Below are positions 28,290 through 43,327 of a stretch of DNA of 64,000 nt, piece after piece. The position numbers and the translations under genes are program-made. Numbering within the stretch: the first letter of the stretch is position 1; each line of letters begins with the position of its first letter. The notes beneath the pieces are model-generated. The model did not search any database, was not told where the DNA came from, and saw only the letters and a list, made by a program, of their open reading frames with translations. The DNA is from Octopus sinensis. Taxonomy: Eukaryota. Location of the stretch: the NCBI RefSeq assembly GCF_006345805.1, contig NC_042999.1, positions 61,566,001-61,630,000 of the forward strand, in the 5' to 3' direction.

Positions 28290-28802
28290 CCTTCGGTTAT
28301 GATGATGCGAGCCGACTCGTTATCGTGCAAGTGGCTCAGCACTCCACAAGTGCGCATGCCCATAACATAGTTCTCAAGGAGATTCCGTTTGACAAAGAAT
28401 GTGACAATGTTAGTTTTTTGAAATACAGTTATAATTCATTTTAGCCAACTGAGTGAACTGGAGCTACGTGACAAAAAAGTGTCTTGCTTGAGGTCACAAC
28501 GCACGACCAGGAATCGAACTCAGGATCGTGAGCCAAATGCCTCAAGCTCTAAATCTATTTCTTTACTAATCACAAAGGGCTAAACACAGAGGGAACAAAC
28601 AAACGGATTAAGTCGATTATATCGACCCCAGTGCGTAACTGGTACTTATGTAATCGACCCCGAATGGATGAAAGGCAAAATCGACCTCGGCGGAATTTGA
28701 ACTCAGAACGTACTTGCAGACGAAATACGGCTACGCATTTCGCCCGGCGTGCTAACGTTTCTGCCAGACGCCGCCTTTCACGCTCTAAACCATGCGCTTC
28801 CA
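28290..28802 (-). mobile_element. SINE family C with a nested family B SINE (28554-28776)
   Basis: The family C body is interrupted in its tRNA head by a family B copy; gctctaaa is duplicated at 28546-28553 and 28782-28789. Confidence 0.8.
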
Positions 28803-30319
28803 CATGCGTTTATAGCAAATGATCATTAAAATGATATTCAATATTTAATATTGTGTTTTCGAATTAGGAAATGACTACTTGGAATTGTTATGTTTTATCC
28901 AAGAGAAGTTCGTGAACAGGTTTAGCTTTATTGCAAAATTTAAGAAGACAATAAAAAATACTTCGGCTTAAGTTTTTTTTTTTTCTCTGCTAAAATAGAT
29001 AACTTTGCTCCCAAAGTAAATAACTTCAGTTCTATCGATATCATTAAGACCTCCAATTTCAGATTCTTTACATTTTTCGAGGGGGGAAAACTAATGATTT
29101 AGTCTTCGTGGGCAGTACTAATAAATACCTGCGTCGCTCACTCACGGAAAGGGATTGGTTACTATGGAGAGACAATAAATACTTTCCAACATTAAATATA
29201 TCTTAGGCGCAAATTTCGGTATTAAACGTCGTATAGACCAGTATTAAGAATAAAATTAGTTCAAAAATCTTTGCGCTAAAGCGACATTTAATTATCTTTA
29301 GGTGATATGTATTTAGGTTACACATAGTTTACTATATCGATTTTAATCCAAATACAAGTTAAATTAGCATGGAACTTCTAAAATCATCTTAAATACCACT
29401 TATAAGAAAATCTGAAAACATCTACGTACAATTTTAGAAATAAATTCTACCGTCGTTCAATACCATATTATTAAACGGTGGCTTGCCTAAGTCTCTCAAT
29501 CTGTGACCTACATTTCAGAGTAAAGATTCTTTTTCTTTTTTCATTTATTACTACCATTCGATATTTGTAAATATATTGGTAGCACACCAATTAAATAGCA
29601 GGAAAGAAAATCGATTATATTAATACAATATGTGTGTGTGTGTATATATGTATATAATCGTTCCTGAGCGTGTTAACACGTGTGTAGCTGCGAACATTTC
29701 CGTTTTACATCCTGTAAAGATAGTTTCTGATTTATAGTTTTGCACACATCCTCTTATTACAGTTTTGAACTAGATAACAACATTACCAGAAAGTGTGTTT
29801 TGATAGCAATCCCCCCCCCCCCATTTTACTCTATCACTGTTGGCAACGTCTAGAGGATATAAAGAAATAAACATTCTCTAATTGTTGTGTCAAAACACAC
29901 GAGATTAAATATTAATTTTCTGCATTTTTGTTACTTTATTTTTGATTTCACACATTTGTTATTTCTTTCTTCCATTCCATTATTAATCCCATTATAATTG
30001 CTTTATCTCACGTGATGTATTTTTAATGTATAAATTCATAATAGAAAGTTGATTGATAATTTATTCAAAAGTCCGAACTTTCTATTCAATTCCTCAATCA
30101 TTTCATTTTAATGAACTGGTATTGATAAACATAGAAATAATTTTTATGGTTATAATTTTATATTTTATGCATTGGACACTAATTTAGCATACGTATTTTT
30201 ATTTTATAATATCATAAGTTATAGTGGTAAAAAATCTTTGTAAATCGATTCTCCATTATAGACCCTATTCTCCTTTCAATCTGACATATTTCTCTTAGAT
30301 TTGATATTTCACTAAGATC

Positions 30320-30535
30320 AAGGTGGTGAGCTTACATAATCTTTAGCACGCTGAACGAAAAGCTTAACGGCATTTCGTCCGTCTTTATATTCTGAGTTAA
30401 AATTCCGCCAAGGTCGACTTCGTTTTTCACCTTTTCGAGTTCGATAAAATAAGTATCAGTTGAGTACTTGAGTCGATATAATTGACTTATTTCCTCCCAC
30501 GAAATTGCTGACCTTGTGCCAAAATTCTAAACCAA
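30320..30535 (+). mobile_element. SINE, family B-related
   Basis: GGTGGTGAGCT head and aaattccgccaaggtcgactt; atatttcact flanks both sides (possible TSD). Confidence 0.7.
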
Positions 30536-30589
30536 TATTTCACTGAGATAGATAACTTCATATGCTATGGGCTTTCCAGATTGAATGTC

Positions 30590-31270
30590 CCTATCTTCAC
30601 TGAGTGGAGACAGACATGAATAGTGAGATCAACGTTTCTGGCATTCAGCTTTGAAGCCAATATTTCTCTCATTCGCCGCAGGCACATTTTCTTTGTCTTT
30701 TTTTTTTCCATATCATTGTATTTAATTCCATCTACTTCAAGTATTCCCAGGTATTTATAACTGGACTGAGATTGAATTGCCTTCATTATTTCACCACTTC
30801 GCATCCATATGCTATGCTTTCTGTCCTGACAATTCGTCTCATACCACCGTAACACATTTTGAGAGTCCAAACACCATTTTGATATCATTCGAGAAACTCC
30901 GCACTGTCTGGACTAGGCTATTCAGTCCTGGCTCACTTTTTGCGAACGTCTTCAAGCCGTCAATGTATAGCAAGGGGCTCAGTTTTCTCTTATCACTTCC
31001 CAGATCATACCCCAACTTTGTCTTTTGTAATATGTATCATTATTATTATTATTATTTTCATATACACTCAACAGATTAGACTTTTAGAAAAGAAAAGAAT
31101 TCTAACATCGGGCTACAGCAAGTAACCTTAGATGCCAAGAACCCTCCTAAGTATCCTAGCTGTCCCTAATAACACCGTTTTCTTGAGATGTACTTTTCTC
31201 TATCCATTTGTTCAGATCGTTAGGGATAGTTCACAGTGCAACTACGAGGATACATTTTACCCGCATAATC
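30590..31270 (-). mobile_element. Degenerate R4/Dong-type LINE fragments
   Basis: Minus frames give SSYKYLGILE and ILASKLNARN, plus a separate 3' piece KTVLLGTARILRRVLGI*. Confidence 0.7.
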
Positions 31271-31391
31271 CAGTCACTGTTATTCAATAGTTAGATACTA
31301 GTACTTTGCTAATTTTTCTATACCTGGCATATGAATGTTTTCATCATTTGGACTGTGAAGTCAATTATCTGGCATTTACTATTCTCTTTAT

Positions 31392-31392
<1 letters not shown>

Positions 31393-31475
<83 letters not shown>

Positions 31476-31510
31476 TACTACTACTACTACCACTACTACT
31501 ACTACTATCA
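31393..31510. repeat. (TAC)n microsatellite
   Basis: Visible directly in the sequence. Confidence 0.95.
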
Positions 31511-31690
31511 AATCAGGCTTTCTATTACTCTGCCAGTCTGAATGTTAAGGTCCCAAAACATATTGTATTTCTTACTTTCTAGTACTTTACTAGGTTCGTA
31601 TTCTTCTTCTACTTCTTCTCCTTCCTCTTCTTTTTCTTCGTCTTCTTATTATTATTATTATTCTTATTCTTCTTCTTATTATTATTATTA

Positions 31691-32850
31691 TTGAGTGAGA
31701 GAGCAGTGCATGCCATCGAAGTGACACTGGAGTAAAATATACGAAGCCCAGCATACCCATCATGACTATCCGTCTGATAAGGGTACACTAGGCTCATGCA
31801 TCACAACCATATGTGCGCGACATGGTGATCTCATATCAAGATAAACAGCGCTTGATCTTGCAGGTGGGGCTCAGAATTTTCTTCGGGTCGAGTAACCCAT
31901 CCCACTCCAAAGGTCTCTGAATAAGGTTTGTTTAAGGATGTAGAACTAAACCCCCATGTTTCCAAAGGTGAATTATTCAAACCCCAAAGAATCCCCCTCG
32001 ACACATGGCTATGAAGCTCCCCCACTACTTCTGCTCGTGATCAGAGATGCATATATATCCACATATTCTGCAGTTACTTGTTGTTTCTTTTCATTACATG
32101 TTTTTGGTAATTTCTGGTGGAGAGTCTTTGGTCTTGTGCTGTAATTAAAAATCCCTCTGTCTCTGCTTTGAGTCCAGAGCTTCTCAACCATTGCTGTGAT
32201 CTTTTTCTGTCTATTTCTTTTGCATTTAGTTTAGCCCAGTATTTGCCATGAAGGGGCTTTTCTTGCCATCGTTTTATCATGGTCCGTTGATGTTCAAGTT
32301 TTAGTTTGGATTTCATTTGTTTTATAGCTTTTGTTGTTTCTTCTTCATATTTGTTAGGTAGTATGATTTCTTGTTTATATTTATCAGCTTCCTTAACTAC
32401 TGAGAATTGATTTTTGTTTTGCTCGTGTTTTGCGGCTATTTGTATCAGTTTTCTTTGCTTCTGAAGTAGGTATTTTTTCAGTCCTATGGTGGTTATTTTA
32501 TTATAGTTTCCCAGCAGTATAAGACCTCTACCACCTTCTATACGTTGTATATATAGCCTTTCTATGTCAGATTTTGGGTGATGCATCCTAGATCCTGTCA
32601 TTATTTTTCTTGTTTTCCTGTCTATTTTGGTTAGTTCATTTAGTCTCCAGTTAAGGATATTGTAGCTGTAACTTATAACTGGGACGTCTAAACTGTTAAT
32701 ACCTATTATCTTGTTTTTAGCATTGAGCTCTGTTTTAATTATTCATCTAACTCGTCTATAGTATTCTTTCTTTATTTTCTTTTTCATTTGTGTGTGTTGT
32801 ATCATATCTAGTTCATGGATTCTTAAATATTTGTAAGGCTGGCTTTGGTC
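31691..32850 (-). mobile_element. R4/Dong-type LINE, 5'-truncated and internally deleted, flanked by (TAA)n on both sides
   Basis: PYKYLRI, TELNAKNKI, HPKSDIERLYIQRIEGGRGL, WQEKPLHGKY and LKAETEGFLITAQDQ. The segment 31691-32070 is shared with 41138-41470 and is the putative 3' UTR. Confidence 0.85.
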
Positions 32851-32919
<69 letters not shown>

Positions 32920-32946
32920 CATCATTATTATTATTATTATTATTAT

Positions 32947-32980
<34 letters not shown>

Positions 32981-33088
32981 TTTATTACTACTAATACTAT
33001 TACTACGACTACTTCTACTACTACTATTAAAAACATTATTATTATCATTATTATTATTATATTTATTTTTATTGTTATTATCATTATA

Positions 33089-33130
<42 letters not shown>

Positions 33131-33145
33131 ATTATTATTATTATT
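32851..33145. repeat. (TTA)n/(TAG)n microsatellite
   Basis: Visible directly in the sequence. Confidence 0.95.
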
Positions 33146-33177
33146 TTCTCTCATTCAGTATATCCTTATTGTTCTGG

Positions 33178-34200
33178 CTATAATGGATTGCTAGGTATCA
33201 AGCTGCATACTGCATCTCGGTTCTCCAGAAATGTTCTTATGGTTCCTGATATGACAAGCAAATCAGCTTTCTGTAAATCATGAACCTTTCTATCAACCTT
33301 CTCAAGATTTACCTTTGTCCAGTTGATTATTCCTGGACTATAAATGATGACGGTTACTGTTCTTGAGTTTATGGTAATGATGGCATTATACAAATATCAT
33401 CATAACTTTACATTTTAATATCCTCCTTATCCTTCGGAAATATTCTCCTCGCGATTTGTCATTCATTATTGCATCGTATATACAATCAACTCCCAGATCT
33501 TTATATACATAATCTGTATCAATCTCTTGTGGCTTCTCGTTCGGTAGATTTATTCCGTCACTTTTATAGTATTTCATTTCGCCCGAGCAATTAGAAATAC
33601 CATACTCCAATTTGATGCCATTGCTAAATTGACAAGGGTATCCAAGTCTCTCTCCGTCTTGCGATATAACTTTAGGTCATCCGTGAATAACAAATGGCTA
33701 ACAATCATCTCGTCTTTCGTTATTCGGCTTTTAATTTTCTCGATTCTAATGAGAGCGATATAAGAGCAAGGACAAATGATAGCTGCTATTGCTGTTCTTG
33801 TAATTCCTATTGATCTTCTCGTTGATGGAGATTTGTTAATTTTATCATAAGAGTTATTTCGATGAGTGTTCTTACTCCACAACCGAGGACTGTCATGTGA
33901 CTTGTAAAATATCATGTGAACCTTTTTATTGGACTGAGATTTATTTAGTCTTTTTTAATATATTGATAGCTTTCCAAATATTGAAATGCGTGCAATATTT
34001 TCTATATGTTGTGGATACTTTGGTAGTCTTGAGGATCAACTTACGTGTTTAGGTGTTTCTCTGATAACTACCATTATAAATATTATTATATGTCTTGTTA
34101 CTGTTCACCTCTTAGTCATCTCTGTTTCCAAAGCATTATATCTGGATAGTTTTCCCTCATTTACTTTGGATATTCGTTCTCGTCACTAAGGGCTGATTTT
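33178..34200 (-). mobile_element. Old R4/Dong-type RT remnant
   Basis: VSHLLFTDDLKLY, YVYKDLGV, EYFRRIRRILK and AIITINSRTVTVIIYSPGIINWTK. Confidence 0.7.
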
Positions 34201-35019
34201 CAATTTCGAGGCATTTCCTTTACTGTTTGACCTTCAAAATATTATCCAAAGGATAGAAATTGATCCCCGTGTCTGTATGAATTAGTGGATTCCTGAGCTT
34301 AGTTGATTGATTCAGTATTATCACACTAAATCTTGCGATCATAAAGACAAAATGGAAAAGACAGGGATTTATCAAAATAAAAGGGGCAGAAGTAAAAAAA
34401 AAAAACAAGATGAAGAAAAATGAAACCAAATTGAAAGCAATTAAGAAACACAAGACAGACGCCAATAAGAACACCTGGTGTGGAACGGTTGTTGAAATAC
34501 AGAGCACTTCGAACATCCACCGAAAAACTGGTGGATATATTGAATCACGTAGAACAAGAAACGTATACTATATTGCTTTTGGAGTGAAACGGCTTCGAGC
34601 TTCTGAAATGATGAAATATTAATAAAAGGAGCACTGGGCAGTCTATGGAAAGCAAGAAAAGAACTATTTAGAAAACGTAAGATGCATTTAATCTAATACG
34701 ATGTCAAAAAAGCATATGGTTGACTTCGAGGTACAGGTTTCCAGGAGAAAAATACAATCACGTGACTCCCACGTGAACATCGGCCATCATTCTTTCTCTC
34801 CGTTGTAACTGTTACAAGGAAGACGTGTTCTTGTTTTCTCCTTCTCAAGCTTGATTTACGCATTCGTCACCACAACCCCGTTTAGGCATAGCAGCCATTC
34901 CTGTTTGTTTTCACTGTCCTGTTTGTGTTACCAATTTTACCCCTCCGCAAAAATCTCCAATTTTTTCTAATTTGCTTTGCGGGAGCAAATATTTTATCGA
35001 AAGCGTACATTGTTGTTAA

Positions 35020-35195
35020 ATGCTCGAAATACGAGACTAGAAAAACAGCCAACAACTGATGAAGGGTCGGTCTTTATGGTGTTTGTTTTGTTTTCCACTT
35101 GTGCTTTTCGTTGTTCGAAAGAATAGTTCATGTTCCATGTACTCGTGCTTCGTATTTTTTTGTACACGTGTCATGACTTCCTGTGCCCACATATG
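35020..35195 (+). mobile_element. Family D repeat
   Basis: AAACAGCCAACAACTGATGAAGGG followed by a T-rich tail, as at 8212. Confidence 0.55.
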
Positions 35196-36185
35196 CATAT
35201 ATAATCTTCACATTGCCATTTTGCGGAATCAACCACTGATTCTTATGGTATTTTCTATGAATACTGACAGGCGAACGTTCAGCTTCACCATTTGCAATGG
35301 AGTAAGCATTATTGATGAGTAATAATTTCTATTCGAAATTAGCATCTCGCTCGCGGTGGGGATGTTGTCTCCCCTGTCAGGTTCACATCAACATGTACTT
35401 TCTGTGGCTAAAGTAATTATGACTTTTATTTCTAGCAATATTGTTGCTCTTTGAATCCTTGGTCGCTTTTTAGTAATAGTGAATTATTTACTTTTTGGGT
35501 CGAATCGTCTAGCCACCTTAATAATATGAGTGCACGTCTGTGTGTGTGTGTGTGTGTGTGTACTTAGCTTTCGGGTAGTAATAATTTTTGATTGTAATTC
35601 CTACAACGTACACTCATTTATGTAAGTGATATCAATATTTTCAGCTGTTTTCACCAAGTATACGATGTCAGCATTTACATTTGTTATAGTTGTATTTTAT
35701 CATTAAATTTTAGCTCAGACTTATCTTTAGAATAATATCTTGTTAGCGCTAGTTTTAATTCTTTAACTACTTTTCCTATTTAGGTTATTTGTCATTTCCA
35801 AAGATTTCATCTATAGAATACGAAATTATTAAATTTTTCACTTTCATTTATATATTTGTTTGTGTAGTTCTGATTCTGCTTTTCTTGTTCAGTATCTTAT
35901 AGATGTGCTAACGTTATTGCTATTTATTCTCTTTCTGTTTTATATGCTACGTTTATCTTACTGTTTTACGTTCTCAATGTTTATAATTTTAATATTTTAT
36001 TAACAGTATTCCAATTTTTGTTTGTTTCTACTACTTTAACATACACTTTCAAATTGTATATTTTCATGTTGGATATAATTTTTCAATTTGAGAATGTTTT
36101 CTTAAATTAGTAATTCTGCTGAGACCCAAAGGTACTTTTAGATCAGGATTATTTTCTATCCTGACATATATATATATATATATAT

Positions 36186-36556
36186 TTTTACTTGTTTCAG
36201 TCATTTTGACTGCGGCCATGCTGGTACACCGCCGTTAATCGAGCAACTTGACCCCGGAACTTATTCTTTGTAAGCCCAGTACTTATTCTATCGGTCTCTT
36301 TTGCCGAACCGCTAAGTGACGGGGACATAAACACACCAGCATCGGTTGTCAAGCAATACTAGGGGGATAAACACAGACACACAAACATACACGCACATAC
36401 ATATATATACATATATACGACGGGCTTCTTTCAGTTTCCGTCTACCAAATCCACTCACAAGTAGAAGACACTCGCCCAAGGTGCCACGCAGTGGGACTGA
36501 ACCCGGAACCATATGGTTGGTAAACAAGCTACTTACCACACAGCCACTCCTGCGCC
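36186..36556 (-). mobile_element. SINE family A
   Basis: Reverse complement of family A. Confidence 0.85.
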
Positions 36557-36598
36557 TATATATATACATATATATATTTATATATACATTATATATAT

Positions 36599-36885
36599 AA
36601 AAACTGCAAAATGGCACAAGAACGCAGAACATCCAGACAGTTAGGTGATACAAAAGAAGGGATAACAAAGTATCCAGATAGACGATACAAAGAAAACAAG
36701 GACGGGTCATTCGGAGTTTTCTTTCCTCAGTCGAGTTCCAGACTATCTTTGCAGGACTCGACTGCGGAAAGAAACCTCCGAATGACCCGTCCTTGTTTTC
36801 TTTGTATCGTCTGGATGTTTTGTTGTCCCCATTTTGTATCACCTTTCTGGATGTTTTGCGTACTTGACCCATTTTGTATTTTTAT
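36599..36885. repeat. Fold-back palindrome (arms about 140 bp) of family E in (TA)n
   Basis: Arms 36599-36739 and 36754-36885, e.g. gacgatacaaagaaaacaaggacgggtcattcggag and its reverse complement. Confidence 0.9.
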
Positions 36886-37148
36886 ATATAAAACATATAG
36901 CGGCGTGCGTACATTTGACATTAGAAATTAAGTACCCCAAATACATCCAAAATAGAAATACTCCAGCCCATTCGAGACACGTGCGATTTGAACTGATGCT
37001 CTCACAGAGTGAAAGAGTCCGGAAGTGAACGCTTAAATTTATATCTTAATGTAGGATAATTTTTTTTTTTTTTTCCGAAAAAAATTCTTTTCCCCAAAAA
37101 ATCTTATCAATGACCAGCATATTAAAAAATACCTTAATATATGTATGA

Positions 37149-37185
<37 letters not shown>

Positions 37186-38335
37186 TAGTCGCAGCTTCGT
37201 TTTAAATATAGAACTGATTTTAAAAGCTATTCATCTCGTATTACGGAACTTGTGGAGCAATAACCATAATTTTATTTTATTTTCATTTTTGTTGGGTGTT
37301 CTCTGTTTCCCCTTTTTCTTCTGAATCGAATTTTATGCATTAAATTCAGAATACGACTCTTTCCGCTTTGACTCATCATTATTGCTTACATTTGCCTTGT
37401 TTATTTATCTTATTTAATTGATGATGTCTGATGGTGTTATCATTTGCTGTGGTTAATTGTTAATAAGAGTAAATGCGTGAAATATAGTACTTATTTTAGA
37501 GAAAAAAATGTAAAACAATGAAACGTCAATAATATTTAATTCAATGTTGAGATCTCGTTCAACATTGTTGTTATTTACTTTCGAATTTCTTCATTGTCAT
37601 TTCATCGATGTGAATACATAATTATCAGAACTATAAATAGCCATATCCGATGGCAGATGGTTGGGCCAGCAAAGTAACAAATTTATTATCTTACAATATT
37701 CCGTTGCGTCATTTTACATTTTGAGATAATTTAATCCCACCGGATTGTACCTAGCATTTTATCGAAATTCGGTCGATAAAATACAGATTCAGTCAAGTAA
37801 TGGGTTAGGGTTTAAAAAACCAAACGTGCACTCACCCAAAATATTCGTGACCTAGACATTGGTTTCATGACGTAGTTAGAAATCCTTATTATTATTATTA
37901 TGACTATAAACTCTTATTTGAAAATGAAGTTGAGGGGTGAGATGGTGCTGTCCACGTCCTTGTAAATTCTTTGAATAGTGGGGAAATGGAGAAAAGATGG
38001 CCCGACTGAGTGGGCCTATTCTGCCCTGCAGCCTGTAGGCTGGGGAATAAGGGAGAGGGCGGACCAATTGCCATTCTACTTTGGTGAATAGGATGACTTG
38101 GGATCTGTGCCGCTCATTTGTATGGAATTGATGGCGTTTCCTCTCCACCAAGGCATTTTGTGTTTAGAATGTTCTTCTTCGTAGTTATTATTTTTTTTAC
38201 GCATATATCTGTATATCACGCTGGCTTTTGCTTTTGCTTTATCCTACGTTTTGCAGTCCTTGTGACAAGTAAAGATGGTATCATTATTATTAATTCTTTT
38301 GATATCGACTAGATAATAAATACCTGCCTATCGAT

Positions 38336-38379
<44 letters not shown>

Positions 38380-38459
38380 AATCATCATCATAATCATCAT
38401 CATAATCAACATCATCATAATCATCATCATCATCATTATTATTACTATTATTATTGTTG

Positions 38460-38830
38460 TTGTTCTTGTTGTTGTATTTGCTGCGGAGTACATCGGACGT
38501 GCTTTTGAACGCTTCAAGTAAGTCCTTTTCAAAACATTTGTATATACCCGAGTCTTCCAGATCATATCTAGATAGTGTAGTTTGTAGGCCTGTAGATAGA
38601 AGTAGCATAGGTTGTCCACGTTTCAAAGTCGTCAGCTACACAGACCATAAATTTGTGATCTGTACGATCGACGTAGACAGGATCTATAGGTAGGGCTCCA
38701 GATACTAGAAGCTGAACACGTCCTTCTCGGCGAGCCAAGCTTTCAGAGACCGAGATGGTAAGTTAGTTGATCGAGAGTTGGCGGGTGCGATCGTCACTAA
38801 CGATTCAGCGTCCTTCCTGTGCTCCTTATC
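38460..38830 (+). mobile_element. L1/Tx1-type ORF2 AP-endonuclease C-terminal remnant
   Basis: SRSYLDSV...YTDHKFV...GSRY*KLNTS resembles the SRID..SDH..WKLNxS signature. Confidence 0.65.
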
Positions 38831-38849
38831 TTTGCTCCCGGTTTCACTC

Positions 38850-39500
38850 TAAAAACTTTGACTTTCAAGTTTATCTGGTATCAACTTTATATCTGTACAC
38901 TCTTTGTAAAATCTCTTCTGATCTACTCGGAATAACTTATTCTTAGCTTTATCGTCTTCTTCAAAACCATCTATATATCTCTCATTTATCAAGCTATCAT
39001 TATTCCTTTCCCGTAGTTTATTAAAGATTTCAGCCCTGTTTTCTGCTATGAGATTACTTTTTATAATTGGGAACTGTATTTTCATTATTTCCTCTGCTGC
39101 TGTTTTCCAATACCCGTCTTTTAATAGCTTCGAGCTCTACTTCTGTGAACCAATGACTTTTTCTTATTGCTCTAGCTTGATTACATACATAATTTCTGTT
39201 CCGTGAATTGAAACAATCCTCTTTCTCCCCATTATTTATGGATACCTTGTCGGTAATCACTAATATAAACACCATTTTTGTCTACAGCGTGGCTCTGACA
39301 GTAACACTCCATGACAACAGCATTCATTTCTTTGTTCCATCTGCTCCATGTGCGCTGGCTTCTTCCCGGATAACGACAGGCTAGAGTCTGACCAGTGTCC
39401 CCGAGCCTGCCGGGTGCAACACTGTCATCAATAAGGGCTTCAGTTTCATTACCACCGTTATTCACAATTGCTTGTTTTTCATTGTCACTCATCCGCGGTA
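38850..39500 (-). mobile_element. R4/Dong-type N-terminal ORF remnant
   Basis: RWNKEMNAVVMECY, YRQGIHK, NQARAIRKSHWFTEVELEAIKRRV and NKLFRVDQKRFYKE. Confidence 0.7.
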
Positions 39501-39711
39501 GCGCTTATCAGTTTGCGCAATTACCAATGTTTTTATTGCGACACCATCACTAGATGTATCATCAATCAAGACATGGGGGAGATTCCATCTGCTTCCTTTC
39601 ATTATTATTATTATCATCACTGATATAATTTTCATTTTTTTACTATTTGTCATTGTTAATATTTCCTCTGATCTGACATGAGCTTTGGCTAAATTATTAT
39701 TATTATTATTA

Positions 39712-39745
<34 letters not shown>

Positions 39746-39754
39746 CATCATCTT

Positions 39755-39872
39755 TGCATAGCATCTAACGTTGTAGATGTACTACGGTACCAGTTGTTCA
39801 CAACCAGTGAACTAAGGTAACACCCCTAGTCTTTCGAGCACCATCCGGAGTATTCGAGTGGTTCCACGCAGT
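39755..39872 (-). mobile_element. Very short 3' end of an R4/Dong-type LINE between (TAA)n arrays
   Basis: The minus frame gives LRGTTRILRMVLE (compare LLGTARILRRVL), then a short UTR running into (TAA)n. Confidence 0.65.
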
Positions 39873-39890
39873 ATTATTATTATTATTATT

Positions 39891-39921
<31 letters not shown>

Positions 39922-40489
39922 CTGTTATTATTTCCATCTAATATTAAAAGGTATTATTAAATATTGTTTAGTTTCAACTTTTGTCTTGTACTTGAGATAA
40001 TCATAAATATGTGAGGATTGAAGCGAACAGGAGAAAGGGAAGAAGCTTGGTGAATAGACCAAATTCTACAAGTCTGTAAATAGATTCGGTAGACGGTGAC
40101 GTGATCAGCAATAGACATTCCTGTGTGATAATCAGACAAAATCAGACAAAAACCATTGGGATCAGAAGAGGTCAAATATGTTTACTACTATTAGCGATCA
40201 ATGAGAGCGCTGACCTTGGCCTTGAAAAGAACCAATTCACCTTGTTCCATTTTTAATTACTGGTACAAAAAATAATACCATATATATATATATATACTGA
40301 TGTTCATCGTTGAATTTTTGAATTTCTGAATTTTTTTATTTCCCTTTTCTTTTTATAAATTTTGCAGTGGTGTACAGTTTTTGGAATTGTGCAGTTTGTG
40401 TAAATTGGAAGGTGCTTATTTTCTAATTTTTTTTCTGTTTGTTTTATATCGTGCATTTTATTGTGTTGTAAACCCATGTTTACATATTC

Positions 40490-40870
40490 GGATAGTCAGG
40501 GAGAAAAGAAAGGTAAAACTTTCACACAGAATTGTAAATATTAAAGTTTTGAAATTATCTAGAGATGCACGGTTGTATGTCTTTGCAATTAAAAGGATGT
40601 CTACACTGTCGAATATTCAGGACGAAAGGAAATAAAAGAAAATGAGTGTAAACTTTTCAAACAAAAATGTAGATATTAAGGTTTTGAAATTTACTGACGA
40701 TGACCGTTTGTATGTCCGAAAGAGAAAACTGTAGTGCTCTTATGATAAAAAGGATGTTTACATTTCGAATACTCAGGGAGAAAGGAAAGAATAGGTATTG
40801 ACAGAAGTTGCCAATTAAAGGTTTTAAAGCTAATCGATTGTGTGTTCGAAGATGTAGATATGTAAGTTTC
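40490..40870 (+). repeat. Degenerate tandem repeat (units of about 120-160 bp), one unit with an HHR-like core
   Basis: attaa(a/g)gttttgaaatt and aaaaggatgt(c/t)taca..tcgaata(t/c)tcagg recur. CTGACGA T GAC...GTC C GAAA at 40694-40721. Confidence 0.55.
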
Positions 40871-41028
40871 TTAACTTATTATGAGGGAAATTTAAAATAC
40901 AGTATATTCCAATCTTTGAGAGTTAATTTTTCAGTTGGCCTGCTGGGTTATGTTAGTGTTTCTGTGCCTTCGGCTACTGACTGGTCAGAGAAACGAAGAA
41001 CACGACCAGCCGCTGTAAACAGTGATGC

Positions 41029-41137
<109 letters not shown>

Positions 41138-41632
41138 TGAGTGAAATAGCAGTGCATGCCATCAAAGTGACACTGGGGTAAAATTTATGAAGCCCAGTAT
41201 ACCCGTCATGACTACACGCCTGATAAGGGTACACTAGGCACATGCATCACAACCATATGTGCGCGACATGGTGATCTCATATTAAGATAAACAACACATG
41301 ACCTTGCGGGTGGGGCCCAGTTAGAGTTTTCTACTGGTCGAGTAGCCCATCTCGCTCAAAAGGTCCCTGAATAAGGGTTGTTTTAGGATGTTGAACGAAA
41401 CTCTCATGATTCCAGAGGTGAATTATTCAAACCCCAAAGAACCCCTGTGATCAGAGATGCACATATCGTCAGCGACTAAGAGACATGGTCAACTGGTTAT
41501 GGTCAAACAACTGACGAGCAAATCTGTGGTATTGAGCAGAATATTTGCTGTAGCCTATCTTTTATACCAAGACAAAACAATGTACATGATAACATTTCCA
41601 ATCAGTTAAGATTCTAAGCCACTTCCTGGTAC
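41138..41632 (-). mobile_element. Putative 3' UTR of an R4/Dong-type LINE, between (TAA)n arrays
   Basis: Closely matches 31691-32070. Confidence 0.75.
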
Positions 41633-41650
41633 TTATTATTATTACTATTA

Positions 41651-41713
<63 letters not shown>

Positions 41714-41726
41714 TATTATTATTATT

Positions 41727-42576
<850 letters not shown>

Positions 42577-43039
42577 TCTTAAAATTCCTTCGGGGCTGCT
42601 AGGCAGAATGGTTTTTTTTTTATTTTTGCGAGTACTATGGTTGGCAGGTGTTGCTACGTTTCAAGTCGCTGGTTTGTTTGTTTCTTGTCGTTTCTATAGT
42701 TACTGTTAATGTTGCTGAGCTTGTTATTGCTGAAATGTACAGTGTTGCTAATGCTAATTTGTTTTTCTTTTTAATTGACTTTATTTAGATTTTAATGGTT
42801 AAAATTTTTAATGTTTTAAGCAATATTTCTTTAAAAATTAATTTGTGTAACAGAAAAAACTCATAGAAATATAGTAAATATGACTAATGCAATTAAATTA
42901 ACGAATTCAATAGAGATGAAAATTAACAACAGGAACAATAACAACAACTATTATTATTATCATCATCATCATTATCATCATCATCATCATTAGTATTATT
43001 ATTATTACTATTGTCATCATTATTTTAAGCACTAGAAAA

Positions 43040-43114
43040 ATATGAATTAATAGTAATGCTGATAACAGCAACAGCATTAACAACAACAGAAATAATAATA
43101 ATAATAATAATAAC

Positions 43115-43178
<64 letters not shown>

Positions 43179-43277
43179 GGCACACAGAGCTGCGCTCGGT
43201 AGCGAAGTGAAAGCACGCTATAAAAATAAAACTACTGAATAATAATAATAATAATAATAAAAATAATAACAATAATA

Positions 43278-43327
<50 letters not shown>

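Noticed and set aside
37920-38160. Possible L1/Tx1 ORF2 C-terminus and 3' end
   Set aside because: Too degenerate to support from the sequence alone.
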